The translations under genes and the position numbers were made by a program. Below, in pieces: positions 55,650 through 64,000 of a stretch of DNA of 64,000 nt (positions within the stretch are counted from its first letter, which is position 1; every line of letters starts with the position of its first letter). Source of the DNA: Amoebidium appalachense. Taxonomy: Eukaryota; Protista; Ichthyosporea. The notes beneath the pieces are model-generated. The model had not been told where the DNA came from. It did not search any database and worked only from the letters and a program-made list of their open reading frames with translations. The stretch lies in contig CAVNZM010000014.1 in assembly GCA_963693365.1 (NCBI GenBank), forward strand, positions 6,386,001 to 6,450,000. The letters are read 5' to 3'.

Positions 55650-55725
55650 CGATATGTTGGTTTTATTGATTTGAAAACTGCTTACAATTCTGTCTCCCCT
55701 GGTCTCCTATGGGAAAAGCAGGGGA
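55650..55725 (+). mobile_element. Relic of a non-LTR (LINE) retrotransposon reverse transcriptase
   Basis: Translates RYVGFIDLKTAYNSVSPGLLWEK, matching the LINE RT motif (Y/F)xxFIDxxKA(F/Y)DSVxxxxLW; the second Asp is Asn and there is no flanking RT sequence. Confidence 0.6.
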
Positions 55726-56145
55726 CTTATTCAGATCTAGAGGTTGAATGGGGTTTCCTTGGTGAGGATGGTGGTGGTACGGTAGTGGTGGGGATTGAAG
55801 TTGAAGTAGAGAGGGGCAGACTGATTTCGAAAGGTTAATTTTTGAAGGTTTTTTTTCAATCGTTTCAAGTTCCTCACTCTCACTCACTCTCTTTCTCTTT
55901 TTAAGTAGGGGACTTTTCAATCACGGGACTTGAAGGGGGTGAAGGTGCAGAGGGATTAGAATGTGGCGCTGTGTTGCGCTACATCATATCCTGCAACACA
56001 TTCTACTCCCTCCCTTCACCCCCTCCCCTCCCCCCGCCCCCCTCCCCCCCCCCCCCCCCCCCCCCCCCCCGGCCCCCCCAGTTTTGTGTTTTCTTTTCAA
56101 CACAAATGTCTTCACCTCCATAGCTCCACCCTCTAATGCATACAT

Positions 56146-56180
<35 letters not shown>

Positions 56181-56200
56181 TTTCTCTACGCACAGCCTGC

Positions 56201-57977
56201 ATGTTGAAGCATCTGCCCCTGAACTGCTCGCGGGCATTCTCAGCCGCCTCCCCCTCGAGCTCACCGACCGATGCTCAGTTTCGGCAACATGCCACGCCCT
56301 TCGCACTGTTACGCGGAGTATCCACGCAAGTGCAGTCATATGCATGGTTGATAATATGGTTGATCTTCGATTCCAGGAACGCGCAAGTGAGTTCACCATG
56401 TTTGTTGATGCGTGGAAAACGGCAATCAAGAGCGCGTGGTTGTGCCTGCATGAGCATATGCACCCAGATTCTGCACATGCCAGATTTTGTGCCGAAGTGC
56501 TCCCGTCCCTTCCACACCTCACTGCACTCACCGTGTTTGTCCAAGTTGGCGGCACGTTCACTGCGGATGATATTCGCAACACGCTGCGCGCGCGGCCGAT
56601 TATCGCCGGTAGGGGGCCATTGCAGTTGGAGGAACTGCGTGTGCATGTGCGGCAAAAACCAACGGCGCAACGAGATGTGGCCCAAGAGGCGGCTTTGGTT
56701 TCATTTTTCTGGGATGGGTGTCCCGAGCTGAAAACGTTGGCTGTCGAGGGTCTAGCCTGGCCCCAAACGGTATCAACACACAATGAAAAACTACGCGTCG
56801 TCACACTCGAGACAGGCTGGCAGGACAAGACGGCGGCATCATTGATTTTGCGATCCGCACGGGCATCATGAGTCGGTTGTGTTTGCTTGACCACGGCATT
56901 TACGGCGAGGGCCTGTGGTTTATTGGCACGTGGGGGAGCCTCGCGCGAGTTGGTGCTTGGACGTGTCGATGTGGCGCGGATTTGGACGTGTCAGGACTTG
57001 CAGCATGCCCCCACCTGCGCAAGTTGTGTGTCAAGGGGATCCGCCCTGTCCATATCCGCGGTTTACCGGCGCTACCGGCGCTACATGTCCTCGGCATGGA
57101 CAGAATTCGCCAGGTGACGGGGCAATGTTCTCGTCTCACTGAGGTTCAGGTATCTCTAATGGGCAACGAATACCAAACAGACATCGGGTTTTTGGGCCCA
57201 TCGGCAGACACACTCCGCAGGTTGACTCTTACGGGCGCATGGTCCAGGAAGATACATACCCCAAGTCGTATCGCTGGGCATTACAAGACTAACCGCCCTG
57301 ACCGTGAATGCTACTGTGAATCCCAACGAAACACCTTTGCTGATGTCAAAGTTGGCACTTGTTGTTTTTCCACACCTGCAGGAGTTCAGCGGTAAGGGTC
57401 CAGGAATACACGTTCTCAAATCACTTCACCCAAACAGCCGCCTGCGTAAGTTACACTTGACGCATGTACCCAGTCTCTTCGACATAGTGTTATTGCCGGA
57501 AGTCCGATTGAACATTTGGTGCTGGAGGGTGCAAAAAATCTTGCTTCGACCCACTGGCGACATGCACACGACTGCGGAAAATCACGCTGCTCGGGTGCAA
57601 TTCAATCACCAGTCTTGACCCCCTGGCGGGTCTCCCCATTGAGAACATCAACATACGCGGGGGGAAGATGACTACGCTCGAGCCACTCTCCACGTGCCCA
57701 CGCCTACGCCGTATTGTCGTGGACTCCCTTTCGAACGTCACCACCCTAAGGCCCTTGGCCGGTCTACCGCTCGAGTTCCTGAGAGCCGGCAATCTCGAAA
57801 ACCTCACCGACATCGACGCACTGTCGCGGTGCACGGTCCCTTACCAGTCTAGCGGTCAAGGATCTGCCGGGTGAGAGCAATGTGCTGTGTCTGGGGGGTC
57901 ACCCATCTCTGTGTCGGCTGGAGATGACAAAGCAGTGCCCATGGGACCTCACAGACCTGCAGCCTACTGTGAAAGTG
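56201..57977 (+). pseudogene. F-box + leucine-rich-repeat gene disrupted by ~8 frameshifts (pseudogene or unpolished assembly)
   Basis: Stitching frames gives the F-box MLKHLP(P)ELLAGILSRLPLELTDRCSVSATCHALRTV, then LRRs such as LAACPHLRKLCV, PLATCTRLRKITLLGCNSITSLDPLAGLPIENINI, PLSTCPRLRRIVV, PLAGLPLEFLRA. Acceptor CACAG at 56191-56195 before the ATG; GTGAGT donor plus poly-C at 57978. Confidence 0.75.
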
Positions 57978-59495
57978 GTGAGTCGTCCCCCCCCCCCCCC
58001 CCCCCCCCCCCCCACCACCACCCCCCCCCCCCCCCCCCCCCCCCCCTCACCCACACACCCACACACCCACACACGTGCACTCACACGCTGTGACATTCAA
58101 ATTTGAATACATAATATATGATGCATGAAAGGAATGTGTGTCACAAGATGAGCATGAGCTGTGTGCACACTGTGGTACCTTATATTCAGTGTTCATGTTA
58201 GTATGCTGTATAATGCAATTGTTTGCTTCAGTCACGTGTTTGATAACTGAATGTATGATCCTCCAGCCCCCCTCCCCCCCCCCCCCTCCCCTACCCACCC
58301 CCCCCCCCCTCCCCCCCCCCCCCCCCCCCCTCCTCCCCCAAAAGAAAGAAACAAAAAGAATAGACAGAGAGGGGACACTGTAAAGGAGTAGGAGCTGTTT
58401 GTTAATGGGCGGGTGGGCGGTGGTGGTTGCCATGTTTTTTTTTTTTTTTTTTTTTTTTTTTGGTGTGTGTGTGGGGGGGGGGGGAGGGGGGAGGGGGGGG
58501 GGGGGGGGGGGGGGGGCATGCATAGTACTGATTCATAACTGAGCAGGTTCGGAAGGGGTGATGGCCCTTCAAGTGTGCCCGTAGACTGCCGACATGCACC
58601 ACAACGTGTTGAGGAGAACAGAAGGCCGTCTTGAAATTTGCCTTTGTGGGTTTCCATTTTTTTTCTTCCCTTTTTTTTAGCTTTGAAGGCTTTGATTCCC
58701 AGGTTAACTATTCTATTTCTTTGTTGTAATACCTTCGGGATGTGGTCCGTCCGAGACTTGTGAGGCTTTAGATCTCACTGTATGATTATGTAAGGGGTTC
58801 AGTTCTTATTGGTTTTGGTACAGTACCCCTCACGCACTTATTGGTACACCTTCCGTATTGATACATTCGCTTATTGAGCCACGATGGTTGTAGGAGAACT
58901 GCTAGATTTCCCCCTGTGTGCACATCATGATATTACACATACATATAGACGCAACACTGATTTACAAATGAAATTCACCGCCATTCAATGGCATGCATAT
59001 TCATACACCTTGCGTATTTAAACAGTTTGGGACATGATACGAGGCGTATTAGTAAGCGAGAGGCTATTCTAACTTTATTTTGCCTGGCACATACATACAC
59101 GCACCGAGTTATCTCAGACTTGCTCGTGTCAAGCACTGTGTGACTGTATGTTTGGATGGAAATAGGCAACAACTGTGGACGGGTGGATTGTGTTTTCTGC
59201 AGGTATAGACTTTCAATATTCTTGAAAAAAAATCCAGGACGTGCGCTATGCAAGAGCAGTGCTCTGTTTCCTGTTTGAACTTCTGCTTGATGTTTGCGTA
59301 GAACAGTCAGTTAAATAAATGCATGACATTTTTCAAAGACATTAGCCAGTGAGTGCATCGTATTTCAGATGGGTGTGCATGTGCGCACACGCGCGCACAC
59401 ACAAACAACACACCCGGCCCGTGACACGAGCGCGCACGCACACATGCACACACGCACTGGCAGCGCGCATGGACACACACACACACACGCACACA

Positions 59496-59578
<83 letters not shown>

Positions 59579-59688
59579 CGCGCGCACACACGCAATACGT
59601 TGCATGTTGAAAACATGCGCCCGCCGACGCACTCACGCATGTACATGGCGCGCACACCTGCTAGTAGATCTAGGCATACACAAATACA

Positions 59689-59795
<107 letters not shown>

Positions 59796-59822
59796 GCACA
59801 CGCGCGCACGCGCGCACACGCA

Positions 59823-59887
<65 letters not shown>

Positions 59888-60134
59888 ACCGTAGCAGCAC
59901 ACACACACACACACCGTACAGACACACGCACACACACACACACTGACACACACACACACACACATGCACGTGAGCACACATGCACGTAAGCACGCACACA
60001 CGCATTCAACTTTGAACGTTTTCAAAAATCGAAAATGCATCTGGAAACAATTGGGGTTCATGAGTGTGTGTGTTTAATTTGTTCAAGTGTGTAGTGTCTG
60101 TATAGTAGGGGGAGAGAACCCCGGCGAGGGAAAA

Positions 60135-60171
<37 letters not shown>

Positions 60172-60478
60172 TAGGTGGTGGAGTTGAATGTTGTTCAAAG
60201 TCCCCCCCCCCCCCCCCCCCCCCCTCCCCCCCCCCCCCCCTCCTCCTCCCTTACCCCACAATATTGCCCGGGGCCCAGATTCTAGAATTCATTCAGGTAT
60301 AGTGAGCTTCCGCAAAGTTTACATTACCCACCGAAGGTTTTAGCGCAAAAACCACCTGAAAAACAAACGCCAAAAATCACACACACGTACACATGCACAC
60401 ACACACACACGTGCACACGTGTACAAACACACCGAGATACATGCACACATGCGCACGTGCGCGCGCACACACACACAT

Positions 60479-60567
<89 letters not shown>

Positions 60568-61252
60568 AACACATTCACGAGTGTGCGTGCGTGTGCACAC
60601 ACACACACACCGTCACATGCATATGCACATGCCCATGCACATACACCACACCATATTCCTACCAGCCTATCAACCAACCTTAGGTCCCCCACGTGAAGCT
60701 CCAATAACCCCATAGAGATGAAGACTCAAGAGGTCATCAGCACCAACCAAAGGTTGTATGCAACAGTTTTTATTTCATTCTAAAATTGGAGATACACTGA
60801 GATGTTCAATCAAATTCTACATCTGAGCCACGACATTACTTACAAGATAATCAGTGTGTAAGTAGGTCAGTAATCTGGCTCGAGCCATCAGAATTCACCT
60901 TATTATATAAGGGAAAAATGAGGAGACCCAGAAGACAGAAAAACAGACTGCAGCGAAGCAACACATGTAATAACCGACCGGTAAACGGGAATTACAAATA
61001 CGTTAATATAAAGCCCTATGCACACTTGTACCTGGTTGATTGGGTACCGGGGTGGAAAGCAATATATGTATGATTGTGTGTAAGAATGATGCACTGGGAA
61101 CCTGCACGATTTGTGTCCGAAGCTTGAGTGTGAGTGGGTGGGTGAGTGGGTGGGTGAATGAGGGCGAGAGTGAGTGAGTGGGTAAGTGAAGTGAGTGAGT
61201 GAGCAATCGAGTGAGTGAGTGAGTTGAGTGCGCATGCGTGCGCGCTGTGTGT

Positions 61253-61351
<99 letters not shown>

Positions 61352-61500
61352 CATATGCGTCTTAGTGTGTGTAAGTGCGTGCGTGCACAAATGCACGGGG
61401 GAGGGTGGGGGGGGGCAGAGAGAGGAGGGGAGGGAGGGGGAGACAGAGAGAGAGGGGGGGAAGAGTAGAGAAAACGTGTTTGTGTGTGTGTGTATGCGTG

Positions 61501-61583
<83 letters not shown>

Positions 61584-61970
61584 TGTGTGGAGTGTGCATG
61601 TCTGTGTGTGTATTTGTGTGGGCGTATGTGTGTGCATACATAAACGCCAAAGGAGAGAGAGAGCGTGTGCATGCCAGTACCGTAACATGTGCTTGGGTAG
61701 TGAGCTCTCCCTCCAATATCTTCACCCCCCTCAACCTTCCTGCCAGCGCTCCTTCCCTCCCTCTTCTTACCACTCCCCCCCCCCCCACCCCCCCCCCCTC
61801 TCCCCCCCTTCTCCCCTCTCCCCCACCCCCACCCACTCACCAACCCTCCCCCCACCCAACCCGGTGGCGAAAGCCGTTCCCACCTCTGAAATTTTCCTTC
61901 CCATTAAACTTCATCGGCAGAGGCCGAATTTATTTCGATATCCAAAGGGCCGTAAGATTGGGTGCCGAAG

Positions 61971-62024
<54 letters not shown>

Positions 62025-62896
62025 CACACACACACACACACACACCAAACAACCACTAACATCAACACCCCCTCCCCACCTTGTCCATTTATTCAATTTT
62101 TTCTAAGTAACTAATCAATCACCTTGCAGGCGAGAATCATTGGGTGGTCGAAGCCCCAATCAGACGACAGCAACAAAGCCGGTAGCAAGTCGGAATAAGG
62201 TTTTGGTTTAAAAAATGTTTCTTTAATAACAGTATCTGATTGGTTGTCAAGCCTTTAAAGAGATTCCTCTTGCATGAATGGTTGAGCAAAGGTGTAAGTT
62301 AAAGCGATTCATGAATAGCATGTTTATATGCCACGGTGTGTTTGTTGGGGTATGCCTGAGTACGAGTTAGAAGTTAGAGGGGTCCTCAGTTGAAAAATAT
62401 CACGGGCGCATACAAACATTTCCCTCTCCCTCTTGCGTAATAATCTATTGCTTTTCCTCACTCGATCCCTCCCACCTACCCTCCCTCCCTCCTACCTTCC
62501 CCCCCTCTCCCCGCCCTCCCCCCCCCCCCCCCCCCCCCCTCCCCCCTCCCTCCCTCCCTCCCTGCCCTCCTATCTTTCCCACACAGAACGGCCACATACA
62601 TTAGGCACATACAACCCTCGCACACACACATGCCCACAAAACACACTAAAACACAATCGCAAACAGGCCCGCGCGCACACACGTGCCTCTGTGTTTCGTC
62701 CCGTTGACCATTGTACAACTCCTTGTAACTGTCTTCACGTTGGGTTGTAATTGCTGAAATTTCCCTTACATTTGCAGAAACCGAGGTGCTGAATGGAAGG
62801 GATTAGGCAGTTTGACACTGAGAGATGAACTGAATAAATCGGCATTCGAGTGTTCTCTGCTTAAATAACCCCGGGGCCTTTACAAACACACAAAAT

Positions 62897-62973
<77 letters not shown>

Positions 62974-63922
62974 TTTGACCATCGAAACCTCACTTCACCG
63001 ATTACCGTGTACCATTGATTACAGTGTCCACTATAACACATAGCCATACACCGGCTCGAACCAGTTCGCATATAGCTACTTGGGACGCCTAAGGCAGGGA
63101 CTAAGTCCGCTAGTGTGTATTTTTACATTCTAGACCAACGCTTAGCAAATGAACGTGTGGTGATGCACTCCTTAGGTCACCGTTCATTTTGGTGTAACTA
63201 ACGTTGGCAGAGCACCCTTGTAAGCTCACTGGTTCTATTCACACTGCCTGTACACGGTTTTATACATTTACCTAGCTATAAATACATGGTATACAAGCCC
63301 GAGTATTATTAAATTATCACTCCGTGTCATCTACTTCCCCATCTACGACATACACACACACATACACCAACACACACACATGCACGGACCCACTGCGCGT
63401 ACATGCACGCGCACCTACACACACACATATACACACACGCATGCACGCAGCGCAGACACACCCACATGCTTGCCCACACGCACGCACACACACACACATA
63501 CACCATACACATACACATACATGTGCAAGAAACCACGCACACGCGTGTGTGTGCGCGCACACACACAAACACCACACACACATGTGCATGGACCCCACTG
63601 CACGTAAATGCACCCGCACCTGCACACGCACGCGGGCGCACACATACACATGCTCGGCCAGGCGTGCACACACACAACACACACACATGTGTACGGACGG
63701 ACGCGCATGCGCGTGCGCAAAAACACACACACACGAAAAAAGAAAGAAAGAAAGAAAGAAAGAAAGAAGAAAAGAAAGCTTACAAGCAAACTCACTCACA
63801 CATGCACATTGCACAGGCACACAAATTGTGTCTAAGCGTTTTTTTTTTTTTTTTTTTTTTTTTTGGGGGGGGGGGGGGGGGGGTTGGGTGGGATATATGC
63901 GCGCGCCCACAGCCCACACACT

Positions 63923-63996
<74 letters not shown>

Positions 63997-64000
63997 CCTA

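Overview
Eukaryotic (probably opisthokont-type protist; species cannot be determined from this window) genomic DNA whose non-coding parts are saturated with (CA)n/(TG)n, (GA)n, (GCAC)n and long poly-G/poly-C tracts, so most ORFs in the supplied track are simple-repeat artefacts. Manually reconstructed genes: a 15-exon NOC2 (2458-16806, +) with a tRNA-Val(AAC) inside its GC-AG intron 13; an intronless MacroD-type macrodomain gene (21231-20322, -) with one extra G in the GGGG loop; a 17-exon RIO1 kinase (22143-34949, +); an intronless GATA zinc-finger gene with a C-X2-C-X16-C-X2-C finger (37639-36842, -); an orphan Ser/Pro/Arg-rich multi-exon gene (about 52420-48968, -); and an F-box/LRR gene broken by about 8 indels (56201-57977, +). 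Mobile DNA: a TTAA-flanked Kolobok-like non-autonomous element, an AGT-flanked PIF/Harbinger-group MITE, a LINE RT relic and a ~100-bp repeat family seen only in introns. The most distinctive signal is intron architecture: weak 5' splice sites followed by poly-C tracts (16 of 30 introns), and 3' splice sites where a pure (CA)n run goes straight into the CAG with no pyrimidine tract (10 of 30).
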